Assembly (NCBI GenBank): GCA_902500055.1
Contig: GCA_902500055.1_4131.1
DNA length: 64,000 nt
DNA from: Escherichia coli
Lineage (GTDB): Bacteria; Pseudomonadota; Gammaproteobacteria; Enterobacterales; Enterobacteriaceae
Strand: one strand, 5' to 3'
Below are positions 17,572 through 27,041 of this stretch, piece by piece; within the stretch, counting starts at the first letter, position 1; every line of letters starts with the position of its first letter. The position numbers were made by a program, and so were the translations under genes. The notes beneath the pieces are model-generated. The model was not told where the DNA came from, made no database searches, and was given only the letters and a program-made list of their open reading frames with translations.

Positions 17572-19776
17572 TTAACTGTTTCTCTCACCTTGAGTGTTTT
17601 CAGAGATAGTTCTTAGATAGTTATTTGTCTGTTGCACAGCAGATAGAGATTGCTCATTAACATCAGCAAGTTTTTTAAGTAACTCTTTCATGTCTTCTGA
17701 TATTGTGGCATTATTATTAGCATTTGCCATACTACTACCACTATTTATCATCGCTTTCATGGCCTCATAATCGTCCGGTTCAGCTTGAATTGGTGGTTCA
17801 TTTGGACCCCATGCTGATTTATCAAAAGTTTTTGGAGTTATGGTAACATATGGTGCAACATGTTCAGATTTTTCGATTCTCGCAGTTGCTCTTGGCTTAT
17901 TTTCAAGACCACTACTAATAAGTTTTTCAGCAACTGATTCATCAAGGGGTTTTGGTTGTTTAAAGTTTCTACTTGAATTCCATTTTAAAAAACCATCAAA
18001 TGAACTAGAAATATAATCACCAAATGAATTCATTTTTTCTTCAAAATAATTATTAACTTTTTCTGCACCATCGGTAACAGAATTGTTTTCTACTTTTACT
18101 TTGTCGTCTGATCCACCAAACCAACCTTTAACAGAATCCCAAAGTTTACCAGGAAGATCCATTAGGTTATTCATAAAGCTATCAAATGCTTCTGAAACTT
18201 TATTATATCCACTACCAAAAATTTCAGTACCTAACCCTTCTAACCACTGCTCAAACTCACCACCAATCCTATCCAAATACGCAACTGCATCTTTCGCAAT
18301 AGGAACCAAACCAAAACCATCAAGTGCTAACTCTCCGATGAATTCCCATGCACCATCAGTACGGTCTGCAATATCAGTAAGGTAATCCGCAATAGAATTT
18401 TGTGTATCTGCATACATTTTATTAAATGGTTCAGTAAATTCTTTACTAATCCATCTATTGAATCTATCAGTGAATTGTGTTAGTTTATCTGCTGGTTGAC
18501 TCTTAGGATCATTAATCGCAGCTTCCATATCAAGTAGTTGTTGGTTGAAGGTTGCTGCCGTAGTGTTTCCTAATTGTATTTGATTTAATAAATCTTGCTT
18601 TATTAGTTCTTTGTTCTTTTTAACAAATTCCAATTGTTGACGGCGAATTTCTTGTGAATCAGTAACACCACTACGTACCAAGTTCTCACCTAAATCAGCA
18701 AATTGGTTCAGTACTGGAGTCAATAAATCATCTGGTACTCCACCAATAGTTAAACGATGTGAAATTAAACGTAGAAAATCTGCACCAGCATCACCCATAC
18801 TGGCAGCAGCTTCGTTAAATGCTTTTGATGTTGCAACTGCTGCTTTACTAGATAATCCAGAATAGTTTTGTAATGCGATTTGCATTGAACGTGTGTCTAA
18901 TGATTTATCTAAGTTTTGTGTTTTATTTAATAGTGCATCAACTGACTCACCCATACTTTTACTGAACTTAGTCATGCTCATGATAAACTGTTCAGTACTT
19001 TTTGCTTGATCCATACTACGTAACATTTCTCTTCCACCAAATTGCTTTTGGAATTTAATATTACGTGCAGTTAAATCAGTTAATGTTTTTTGAGAAACAC
19101 CATATAAACCTAATTGATTTTGTGCTTGTTGCACAGTACCCAATAATTTACCAAATGTAGAAACACCATCACCATATGCACCATCTAATTGTGCAACAAC
19201 GGCACTATGAGTTTGTAATGCTTCACCAAATGCATCAATACTCATCATTGATGCACCAGCACCTTTTAATATGGAGCCGTAACCTTCAGATAGAGCGACA
19301 CCAGCACTGTTTATTCTATTATAAACTTCAAGCTGTGCATTTAACACATTATAAACTGCTAAACCAGCGTCAGCAACCAATTTGAATGCAGATGCTGCTG
19401 CACCAACTGGACCTGGGATCATTGCTAATGAACCAGCAAATGAAGATGCACTCATTCCTAGTGAGTTTACAACATTGCTAACGTTTGCAGACGTACTCAT
19501 CATAGTTTTGCCGACATTCGATACTTCAGATGATAATGATTTGAATATTTTTCCAAATTCTTTACCATCATCAGCTTTGTTATTTGTTCGAGAGCCACGG
19601 TTTCCAGTACTTGATGAATTACTTCCATTACGTTTTCCACTTTTAGAACCGGATTTCTTTCTATCATTTTTTATATTTTCAGCCAATAACTCACGTATAG
19701 CACTCAAACTATCGTTGTTATCTTTAGTTTGATTAACCAACTGCTGGAGTAGGTAATCACTTGTATTTCCAGCCAT
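17572..19776 (-). CDS. Large hypothetical virion protein (734 aa; possibly tape-measure-like or internal protein)
   Basis: Ala/Gln/Ser/Gly-rich, predicted helical, basic Ser/Gly/Arg-rich N-terminal region; directly upstream of the portal gene. Function is a guess. Confidence 0.5.
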   Translation of the reverse strand: MAGNTSDYLLQQLVNQTKDNNDSLSAIRELLAENIKNDRKKSGSKSGKRNGSNSSSTGNRGSRTNNKADDGKEFGKIFKSLSSEVSNVGKTMMSTSANVSNVVNSLGMSASSFAGSLAMIPGPVGAAASAFKLVADAGLAVYNVLNAQLEVYNRINSAGVALSEGYGSILKGAGASMMSIDAFGEALQTHSAVVAQLDGAYGDGVSTFGKLLGTVQQAQNQLGLYGVSQKTLTDLTARNIKFQKQFGGREMLRSMDQAKSTEQFIMSMTKFSKSMGESVDALLNKTQNLDKSLDTRSMQIALQNYSGLSSKAAVATSKAFNEAAASMGDAGADFLRLISHRLTIGGVPDDLLTPVLNQFADLGENLVRSGVTDSQEIRRQQLEFVKKNKELIKQDLLNQIQLGNTTAATFNQQLLDMEAAINDPKSQPADKLTQFTDRFNRWISKEFTEPFNKMYADTQNSIADYLTDIADRTDGAWEFIGELALDGFGLVPIAKDAVAYLDRIGGEFEQWLEGLGTEIFGSGYNKVSEAFDSFMNNLMDLPGKLWDSVKGWFGGSDDKVKVENNSVTDGAEKVNNYFEEKMNSFGDYISSSFDGFLKWNSSRNFKQPKPLDESVAEKLISSGLENKPRATARIEKSEHVAPYVTITPKTFDKSAWGPNEPPIQAEPDDYEAMKAMINSGSSMANANNNATISEDMKELLKKLADVNEQSLSAVQQTNNYLRTISENTQGERNS

Positions 19777-19864
19777 AACATTCCCTTTTAATAGATGTAT
19801 TATAGAAATATTTATGAAACTATAGAGAATATAAAAATTAGTTTAATTTAATCTTTTTTAGTCT

Positions 19865-19872
19865 TATAAATA
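19865..19872 (+). promoter_or_regulatory. T4-type late promoter box TATAAATA upstream of the 19907 gene
   Basis: Exact TATAAATA on the plus strand, 34 nt upstream of the ATG at 19907. Confidence 0.5.
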
Positions 19873-19906
19873 CTAAAACACATTTATTACATGGAGATTT
19901 AATAAA

Positions 19907-20743
19907 ATGGCTATGAATCCACTTGCTAAGTACACTAAAATTGAAGAGATCAGTACTAAGTTAGTTACAAACGGCGTTATTCCTTATAAAGAAGGAGTTC
20001 TAGGTCCAAAAGGTGTCAAATGTGGAGTTTGTGCACGTAGTGCACGTGATGAAATGACACTTAATACCCCCGATATGTTACTAAACGGAGATGCAGTATC
20101 CCGTGTTATTGAAAACTGTGTTCCTAATGTAATTGACGCTGATGAGTTGTATGTAAATGACGTTGAAATGCTTCTTATTGCTATTAAAGTTGCTTCTAAA
20201 GAAGAAACATATGATATTAACGTTGTATGTCCTGAATGTGAAAAAGAAGGTCGATTTGAACGTAATCTATCATATCTTCTTGAAACTGCACAAGCATTTG
20301 AAGAAATCCCATCAATTGATTTAGATAATGGACTCCGTTTAGAATTTAGACCACTGACATGGAAAGAATATTCATCGTTTGCTGAACGCATGTTCAGTGA
20401 GCAGCAGAAGACTAAGTTTCTTGAAACTGCTGATATTGATAAAGATGAAAAAGTAAAAATATTTTCTGAAGTATTTGAAAACATGGCTCAACTTAACTTC
20501 GATATGATTGGTGGAGTTATTGCAAAAATTATAACACCAGATGGTGATGAAGTAGTTGAAAAAGAATTTATTAATGAATGGCTTGGACAACAATCGAAGG
20601 GAGTACTTAAACTAATTCGTGAAAAAATGGATGAAGTACTTGAAATTGGTGTATCTCATAGTATGGAAGTAGAATGTGATGGATGTAATCATCAATGGGA
20701 AATTGATGGACTAAAATATGATCCTAGTCATTTTTTCGAGTAA
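19907..20743 (+). CDS. Zinc-ribbon (multi-CxxC) protein of unknown function
   Basis: 278 aa with three CxxC pairs (CGVC, CPEC, CDGC); late promoter upstream; stop overlaps the next start (TAATG). Confidence 0.6.
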   Translation: MAMNPLAKYTKIEEISTKLVTNGVIPYKEGVLGPKGVKCGVCARSARDEMTLNTPDMLLNGDAVSRVIENCVPNVIDADELYVNDVEMLLIAIKVASKEETYDINVVCPECEKEGRFERNLSYLLETAQAFEEIPSIDLDNGLRLEFRPLTWKEYSSFAERMFSEQQKTKFLETADIDKDEKVKIFSEVFENMAQLNFDMIGGVIAKIITPDGDEVVEKEFINEWLGQQSKGVLKLIREKMDEVLEIGVSHSMEVECDGCNHQWEIDGLKYDPSHFFE

Positions 20744-20952
20744 TGCTTCTCCAGTCATCTCCTGAAGAAATACAAGAAGTACTGAAGGAGATAGAACTGA
20801 ATAAGTCAGAAATCAAAAATGCACTAATGGAATGTTCTGTATATATGGATAACATTGACTATGGAACACTCCTTAATATGCCATTAATAGATAGAGACTT
20901 ATTAGTTAAGTCTTTTAATAAAAAAATTAAAAAACAAAACGAGAAGCACTAA
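20743..20952 (+). CDS. Hypothetical protein (69 aa), translationally coupled
   Basis: ATG overlaps the upstream stop; followed by a terminator hairpin. Confidence 0.45.
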   Translation: MLLQSSPEEIQEVLKEIELNKSEIKNALMECSVYMDNIDYGTLLNMPLIDRDLLVKSFNKKIKKQNEKH

Positions 20953-20963
20953 TTTTCATATAG

Positions 20964-20989
20964 CCAGCACATTGTTGCTGGTTTTTTTT
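20964..20989 (+). terminator. Rho-independent terminator
   Basis: CCAGCA-cattgt-TGCTGG hairpin followed by TTTTTTTT. Confidence 0.6.
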
Positions 20990-21159
20990 GGTTTTAAACT
21001 ACAGAATTATTTGAATTGAATTATGAAAGGATTAATTTTAATATTATTGGATTCATCTAACTCATTTCATTCGTTAGCTGAAGAATATTCGTTACTACGT
21101 AACTCATATTCATTTAATTAAATTAATTATAAAGAACTTTAAAAGATTTAATACTTGAC

Positions 21160-21660
21160 GGGATTTGTTGAGGACATTTTCATCCCCCCGCAGGGGAATG
21201 AAGACAATAAAAAAGAGACAATGAAGTCTCTATTTCTTGACGCTGATGGTTTCAGCATTTATTGTATTGCGAATTTCTTAAAAATATATTAAGAACGAAA
21301 GCGGGTTGCTCTGTTTCTCTCTATCGCAGTCATGTGCAACGGTCGTCAGTCTTAATCATCCTGACACTCACCTGAAAGTCTATACAATCAAACTTCAGGC
21401 TGTTTATTAAAATCACTTAATAAACTCCCTTAGCAAATCTGGTAAGGTGCGATCCTTATATGTCTATCTAGGAACTCTCTGTATGCTTATCGGAGTTCTT
21501 TATTGAGCCGCATTGCCGTGAGGGGTTCAAACTATGCCCACATCTAACGGGTTTCTTTTGCTCATCGCACTGTTGAACTGCTCATCTGCCATCTACATTT
21601 TCGATAGGATCAGGTTCTAATTTATATGCATTTCTGCATTCAACAGGATTGTCATTACTA
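21160..21660. other. Candidate structured RNA or foreign-DNA remnant inside an ORF-free interval (20990-21790)
   Basis: No ORF of 60 codons or more on either strand across about 800 bp in an otherwise gene-dense genome. An 80-nt sample (21301-21380) counted by hand is about half G+C. Several imperfect hairpins. Strand and identity undetermined. Confidence 0.3.
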
Positions 21661-21735
21661 CAACAAACATTATAGCACTATTTTTAAAATCTTCCCACTA
21701 ATATCATAAAAAAATAAAAAAGTACTTAGTACATT

Positions 21736-21771
21736 TTTGAAGTATAAAAAAACCAAGTAACAAAACATTAC
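21736..21771 (-). terminator. Hairpin terminator downstream of the 21790-22341 gene
   Basis: CCAAGTAA-loop-TTACTTGG 8-bp stem followed on the minus strand by a T-run. Confidence 0.45.
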
Positions 21772-21789
21772 TTGGTTCATAAAAACTAT

Positions 21790-22341
21790 TCAATAATTTA
21801 TATTTTTTGATATGAAGTCTTTTATAATTTTAATGTGGTCATCTGAATACTTTATTCTAAGTAAAGTAATATTATTATCATAACAATACTTATTCTTAAT
21901 TTCATCATTTCGTTGTTGTTCAGCTAAACCTTCTTCTCCACCGAAGTATTCTATTGGTTTGAAGTGTTGGATACCATCATATTCTATTAGTAGATTAAGT
22001 TCAGGAATATAAAAATCAAATGGTAAATGATTGATGTTTTTACAACTATCAAATTTCTTTTCCATTTCAAACATTATATCACACGTTTTTAAAAAATTCT
22101 GAATTTCAATAACAGGTTTTGATTTTAGTTCTTGGTCTGAACAAACTGGACACCCTTGTTTTGCAGAAATGTGTTTATTAGGAACTACTGTGAAGTCACC
22201 GTGAATGTTACACGTAACAGTTATTGGATGGTGTGCATTGACATATATTGTTTTATTGTATGTGTAAATACTACCATGAATATTCATTGATTTATCTATG
22301 AATTGTTGTTGTGTAATTTTAGCTATTCTTGTGTACCTCAC
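21790..22341 (-). CDS. Homing-endonuclease-like protein: zinc-ribbon module fused to a PD-(D/E)xK (DUF559-like) nuclease domain
   Basis: N-terminus shares the zinc-ribbon repeat of the 10265-11419 protein (ITVTCNIHGDF...KQGCPVC). C-terminus FDFYIPELNLLIEYDGIQHF...LLRI resembles the DUF559/Vsr-like fold. Confidence 0.55.
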   Translation of the reverse strand: MRYTRIAKITQQQFIDKSMNIHGSIYTYNKTIYVNAHHPITVTCNIHGDFTVVPNKHISAKQGCPVCSDQELKSKPVIEIQNFLKTCDIMFEMEKKFDSCKNINHLPFDFYIPELNLLIEYDGIQHFKPIEYFGGEEGLAEQQRNDEIKNKYCYDNNITLLRIKYSDDHIKIIKDFISKNINY

Positions 22342-22386
22342 AAAACTTTTTAATATACATTATTTACAGAAACAGGACAAAACGCT

Positions 22387-22878
22387 ATGAAAAAGAGATT
22401 GAAAAATCCCAATGAAGCAGCAGCTTACAGAAAAGAACTACTAAAAAAACAAAATGGTATTGACCCCATTATAGGAATAAAAATAACTAAACCAGTACTT
22501 GACCACTATCATGGTGGAAATCAACATTGTAGACAGGTTCTTCAAAATGAGGTGAATGGATGGGAAGGAAGGGTCGCAAATTCATTTAAACGCTGTCTGG
22601 GCCATTTAACTGATAAACCTCTTCATGAAGTACTAAGAAATCTGGCAGATTATCTTGAAAAGAACAATAACATTCCACCTGAAGAGCAAGTCATACATCA
22701 CACAGCACTAACTGTGGATGTTAATAAGTTTAAAAGGCTTCCAGCAACACAGCAAAACGCGATTCTGGAAGGGTTAGGAGTTGTCCCTGGTAGTAACACT
22801 ACTGCTCGTGTAAAGCAAGCTAGAAAGCTGATTAAGGACGGTAAATTAAATATGGTTGATATAAAAAAAGGGAGCTAA
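22387..22878 (+). CDS. Possible endonuclease VII-like protein; otherwise hypothetical
   Basis: 163 aa; LDHYHGGNQHCR loosely resembles the DHDH...C block of T4 endonuclease VII as recalled. Weak. Confidence 0.3.
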   Translation: MKKRLKNPNEAAAYRKELLKKQNGIDPIIGIKITKPVLDHYHGGNQHCRQVLQNEVNGWEGRVANSFKRCLGHLTDKPLHEVLRNLADYLEKNNNIPPEEQVIHHTALTVDVNKFKRLPATQQNAILEGLGVVPGSNTTARVKQARKLIKDGKLNMVDIKKGS

Positions 22879-22889
22879 GGCTCCCTTTA
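22862..22889. terminator. Bidirectional hairpin terminator between convergent genes
   Basis: GGGAGC-TAAG-GCTCCC stem flanked by an A-run and a T-run, between the 22387-22878 (+) and Rad50-like (-) genes. Confidence 0.6.
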
Positions 22890-22896
22890 TCTTTAA

Positions 22897-25044
22897 TTAG
22901 AAAACATCGTCAAGGGTTGCATATTCAACAGTACTGAAACCGTCCTCTTTAACAACTTTGAGGATTTTTTCAGTCTTAGATAGTAACTCTTCTCTGTGGG
23001 AAATAGCATAAACGTTCTTACCACGTACAGCAGCCATATCTTGGAAGATAGACCACACACGTAGAACACCACTTGAGTCAAGACCTTGGTCAATCATCTC
23101 ATCAATGATAAGAATATTAATACTTTGGTATAATGACTCATATGTATCACGGAAAGCACAAGATAATGCGATGTTTACCCTTGTACGCTCACCTCTACTA
23201 AGCTGTTTATAGTCAAAGTACTGTCCACTCTTCTCAATTTCAACACTCAAATCATTCAAAAACACAACATTATGCTCAGAACCGCACATATCGATATAGT
23301 ACTGAAGTCGTGTATTCAAATATGAGATATTTTGCTCAATAATACGTTTACGGACATAAGAATCCTTGTTTAAAAGTAATTTAACCAAGAAATCTTGGTG
23401 ATTTGACATTTTATCAAGATTATTATAGTCGCTATAATCGATTGGTACTAAAGAATCAGTCTTCAGGGTATTAATTTGGCTAATAAATGTGTTAGTAGTC
23501 TTCAATTCACGATCTAATTGCTGTGATAATGAATTTACAGTCATTTCTAACTCTTTAACTTCATATTTGTTTAATGTATCTGGAACTTCCATTAGTTCAT
23601 ATGAGTTAAGTTCATCATATGATGACATAAGTTCATTTGCATAGATGTTTATTTGTTCTTCTTCACTCTTTCTGACCAATTCTTGAAGCTTATGTTCATG
23701 CATTTGTGCTTCTGAAAGTGTATTATAATATGTCACAGGCTTAGGTGGCATATCAAAAATCTCAATACTATCAATTTCTTGAAGTAATGTTTCAATTTCC
23801 GAAGAAGAACTATCAATTTTAGCTTGAAGATCATTAATAGTACTTTGGATTTTGTCTTTAATTGAAGAAGTATGTTCGTTATGTTCTAATTCAGACATAC
23901 AAAGTGGACATTTGCTGTTTTCAACTGTTGATAATTTGTCAATTTCAGCATTAATTGAACATTCATATCCTTTTAAAGCTATTTTTAGTGAGTTTAGTTT
24001 TTGTTCTTTGAAACGTTTTTGGTTATTATTCTCTTTTAGAATACCCTCTAACTGTTTCCATATCTCCAACTCATTATGATTTTCCAATTCTGCACTAATA
24101 TCAATAGTTTTTAGCTTATCAATGCTTAGATTTAATGCTCTTTTAGATCTTTCAAGTTCACGGTCATATGCATCAAATTTTAAAGCCAACTCTTGTACAC
24201 GGCGTTCGATTTCACCACGCTTTGCGTTATGAATAAGAGCTTTCTCTTTTATGTCAGCAGCTTCATAGAGGTCATTAAAGTCTAAAGTTTTATATATATT
24301 CAACTCTTCATTTAACTTAGATACTCTATTATTTTTATCAATTTCAAACTGGTTTGCCTGTTCTTGTAGTGCCTCAATACTTTTTTGAATACGTTCATTA
24401 CTTGCAGCTACAGTTTCATTTTTGAACTTTTCTTGTTCGGCTAAACGTTTAGTATCCTTATACATCTCCTTTAGCATTTCAGCTTTTTCCGTCAACTGTG
24501 TTATTCCAAGAAGTTCTTCTATCATATCACGTTGTTTTTGTGTGGATAAAGCTAAGAAAGGTTCAACGTTAGCATTCAGTACTACAATATGTTCAAATAA
24601 TAATTGAGATATACCAAGAATTTCATTCAAATCTTCTTGTGTGTCTTTCTTTTCTCCCCTTGATTCATCTTCAATTTTATTATCTTTCCCTAAAGTAACA
24701 AAATTGAAATACGTGGGACTTCTCCCACGTTCAACCAAATATTGTACACCATCTTTTTCAAACTCTACAACTACTTCACAATTTTTTCCATTAGTTTTAT
24801 TGACTAGGTTAGGAATTTTAATATCGTTACCAATACTTTTACCAAATAATCCAAAAACTAATCCTTGAATAATAGCACTTTTCCCTACACCATTTCGACG
24901 TCCGGTACTGTCACCACCTTCAATAACTGCATCATTATTTTGACCCAGTACTAATGAAATGTCGGAACCATTTAAATCAATTGATTGTGGTGCATTACCA
25001 AATGAAAAGAAGTTCCTCATAGATATACGTGTAATGTTTAGCAT
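22897..25044 (-). CDS. gp46: Rad50/SbcC-like recombination ATPase (T4 gp46-like)
   Basis: N-terminal Walker A GRRNGVGKSAI, long central coiled-coil with a CPLC zinc hook-like motif, C-terminal ABC signature LSRGERTRV and Walker B LIIDE. Confidence 0.9.
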   Translation of the reverse strand: MLNITRISMRNFFSFGNAPQSIDLNGSDISLVLGQNNDAVIEGGDSTGRRNGVGKSAIIQGLVFGLFGKSIGNDIKIPNLVNKTNGKNCEVVVEFEKDGVQYLVERGRSPTYFNFVTLGKDNKIEDESRGEKKDTQEDLNEILGISQLLFEHIVVLNANVEPFLALSTQKQRDMIEELLGITQLTEKAEMLKEMYKDTKRLAEQEKFKNETVAASNERIQKSIEALQEQANQFEIDKNNRVSKLNEELNIYKTLDFNDLYEAADIKEKALIHNAKRGEIERRVQELALKFDAYDRELERSKRALNLSIDKLKTIDISAELENHNELEIWKQLEGILKENNNQKRFKEQKLNSLKIALKGYECSINAEIDKLSTVENSKCPLCMSELEHNEHTSSIKDKIQSTINDLQAKIDSSSSEIETLLQEIDSIEIFDMPPKPVTYYNTLSEAQMHEHKLQELVRKSEEEQINIYANELMSSYDELNSYELMEVPDTLNKYEVKELEMTVNSLSQQLDRELKTTNTFISQINTLKTDSLVPIDYSDYNNLDKMSNHQDFLVKLLLNKDSYVRKRIIEQNISYLNTRLQYYIDMCGSEHNVVFLNDLSVEIEKSGQYFDYKQLSRGERTRVNIALSCAFRDTYESLYQSINILIIDEMIDQGLDSSGVLRVWSIFQDMAAVRGKNVYAISHREELLSKTEKILKVVKEDGFSTVEYATLDDVF

Positions 25045-25052
25045 ATAGTCCC

Positions 25053-26084
25053 TTATAACGATCTGTAAATTTGGATTAGAAGATTTTTATCAAACATTGG
25101 TGAATCAATTTCCATAATTTGCTGTAAAACTATCTCATCAACTGATTCAGTACTTTCAAAACTAACACCATCTTCGATTAATTCTGAAATACTTTGCTTG
25201 CTAGTTACAACATTAAACTCCCTAATGTTATAAAGTTTAGTAAATGTATCACGAATAAAACTAATCTCATCAGTTGTTATTGATATATCAACTTGAACTT
25301 TTGATATTGTGTTATCTTGTAGATAATAGCTTGGATCAGTCAACAATTCAGAAAGTGTGAATGTTCTATATTTTGGTGCATTATCCCATGACTTGAAAAT
25401 AGGTTCTTTACCATGTTCAAGAATCATCACACCTCTTGCATCATCCCATGTATCGGAAAAATTATGTGGAAAACAATTACCAGTATAAACTACACGAGTT
25501 CCTTTTGAAGTTGTTTTTGACTGCCTTTTATGAAAATGCCCACTAAAAACATACTCACAACCACCAAAAGAACCTTCTGTTTCTTTTCCATGATCAGGCA
25601 TTTCTACCATCTTGTTAAGCAAGTAACCTGGTAACTCTAAGTGACCAAAAACATACTTACTTTTTAGTTGAGGTAACAACTTATATTCATCTTCAATCAT
25701 AAATGGAATGAAAGTACAATCATCAAATGTTGTAATTTCATTAATGAATTCTATATTTTCATAAACTTGAGCCATATTGATACTTGTTATATCACGTTTG
25801 TTTTTATGATACATATCATGGTTGCCTACTAAAAAATATACTTTTTCAAAATTATCATTTAATAATTGAAGAATTTGTAAACCATAGTTTAGTGTTTGGA
25901 TATTGATATTACTTCTATTATGAAAATAATCTCCCATAAAAACACAAACTTTGATATTATTTTTTTTAGCTACATCAATCATGAATTTAATGAAGTTTAA
26001 ACAATCTTCATTGTGTTGCTTGCTGTTATTCTTTAAACCTAAGTGAATATCAGTGAATGTAATTGCTTTATCAAACAGAGCCAT
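25053..26084 (-). CDS. gp47: Mre11/SbcD-like nuclease (T4 gp47-like)
   Basis: Calcineurin-type phosphoesterase motifs: ITFTDIHLG, VCVFMGDYFH, LVGNHDMY, GHLE, FSGHFH. Track start is a TTG; start set at an ATG with AAGGA RBS (26084). Confidence 0.85.
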   Translation of the reverse strand: MALFDKAITFTDIHLGLKNNSKQHNEDCLNFIKFMIDVAKKNNIKVCVFMGDYFHNRSNINIQTLNYGLQILQLLNDNFEKVYFLVGNHDMYHKNKRDITSINMAQVYENIEFINEITTFDDCTFIPFMIEDEYKLLPQLKSKYVFGHLELPGYLLNKMVEMPDHGKETEGSFGGCEYVFSGHFHKRQSKTTSKGTRVVYTGNCFPHNFSDTWDDARGVMILEHGKEPIFKSWDNAPKYRTFTLSELLTDPSYYLQDNTISKVQVDISITTDEISFIRDTFTKLYNIREFNVVTSKQSISELIEDGVSFESTESVDEIVLQQIMEIDSPMFDKNLLIQIYRSL

Positions 26085-26910
26085 CTTCATTTTTCCTTTC
26101 AATCATGTTCAATTCAATTTCAATTTGACGTGTATGTGATGGCGTAAAGCCATGCATTTCAAGTAAATCATCACGTATATTTCGAACATTTTTCTCACTA
26201 TTCAATATAGAACGAAAACTATTGTTTACGAATGATGTATAGTAAGAGAAAGGATTTAGCTGAACTGCTGGTTTATCTTTTTTATAAAGAATGCTCTCTT
26301 TAAAGAGAAGTGCGTTTTTAACTAATTGTATTCTTGCATCACCCATCATTTCATCTAAGTATGTATAGTTTCTGTAATTAGATTTGTGTGAGATTTCCTC
26401 TGCAAGTTTAATGAACATCTTCCCAAGTTCATTTGTAATTTTACCATGAACAGTACTGAATTCACCAGTTTCAAGGTCGCCTTTCCAGTGAGAACGACAA
26501 ACTTCATAGAGAATACCTTCATTATCTACAATATAATGCTTGAATGGTTCAAAGTTAACTCTAGTATCTGGTGGAATATGTTCATCTGTAATAACACGAA
26601 TAACAACTTCATCAATTGGAACGTCAGTGATAACTAAATTGTGTTCATCTGCATATTCTTTAGCTTTTTTAGCACTCATATTTTCCTTTTCACGAATACT
26701 ATCAAGCATTTCATTGTTCAGTCGTTTAATTCGGGCTGCCTTAGCTTTTTCTAGTAACTCAGCAGTAATTTCTGACTCATGAAAAACAATATAATCATAC
26801 ATACTATATGATTTGTCTAATAACCAGCAATATGAAATTTTACTTTTTTGTATTTCACGCAGTAAATCAGCATTATTGAGATACTTTTTACGCTTTGGTC
26901 TATTTGTCAT
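26071..26910 (-). CDS. gp55: Late-transcription sigma factor (T4 gp55-like) with extra sequence
   Basis: 279 aa. Three blocks resemble T4 gp55 as recalled: YLNNADLLREIQKSK, LGKMFIKLAEEISHKSNYRNYTYLDEMMGDA, NPFSYYTSFVNNSFRSILNSEK. GGAGAG RBS. Consistent with the TATAAATA late promoters in this window. Confidence 0.6.
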   Translation of the reverse strand: MTNRPKRKKYLNNADLLREIQKSKISYCWLLDKSYSMYDYIVFHESEITAELLEKAKAARIKRLNNEMLDSIREKENMSAKKAKEYADEHNLVITDVPIDEVVIRVITDEHIPPDTRVNFEPFKHYIVDNEGILYEVCRSHWKGDLETGEFSTVHGKITNELGKMFIKLAEEISHKSNYRNYTYLDEMMGDARIQLVKNALLFKESILYKKDKPAVQLNPFSYYTSFVNNSFRSILNSEKNVRNIRDDLLEMHGFTPSHTRQIEIELNMIERKNEDGSV

Positions 26911-26998
26911 TGTATTTTACTCTCCATGTTTAAATCCAATAGGTACAATCCTTGTACCATCAATGTTATTATAGCACCAAAAAGCAGTTTGTCCCACG

Positions 26999-27006
26999 TA
27001 TAAATA
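26999..27006 (+). promoter_or_regulatory. T4-type late promoter box TATAAATA upstream of the baseplate block
   Basis: Exact TATAAATA, 36 nt upstream of the ATG at 27042. Confidence 0.55.
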
Positions 27007-27041
27007 CATCAAATGTTCCCTTATTATGGAGAATCAAAAAG

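Noticed and set aside
20990-21790. tRNA genes in the ORF-free interval
   Set aside because: I looked for T-arm-like GGTTC(G/A)A loops with flanking complementary stems and 7-bp acceptor pairing; the only GGTTCAAAC (near 21516) lacks complementary stems. Needs tRNAscan-SE to exclude formally.
21160-22341. Group I intron housing the adjacent homing-endonuclease-like gene
   Set aside because: No split host gene flanks the region on the minus strand and I could not recognise the conserved core elements; kept only as an unexplained structured region.
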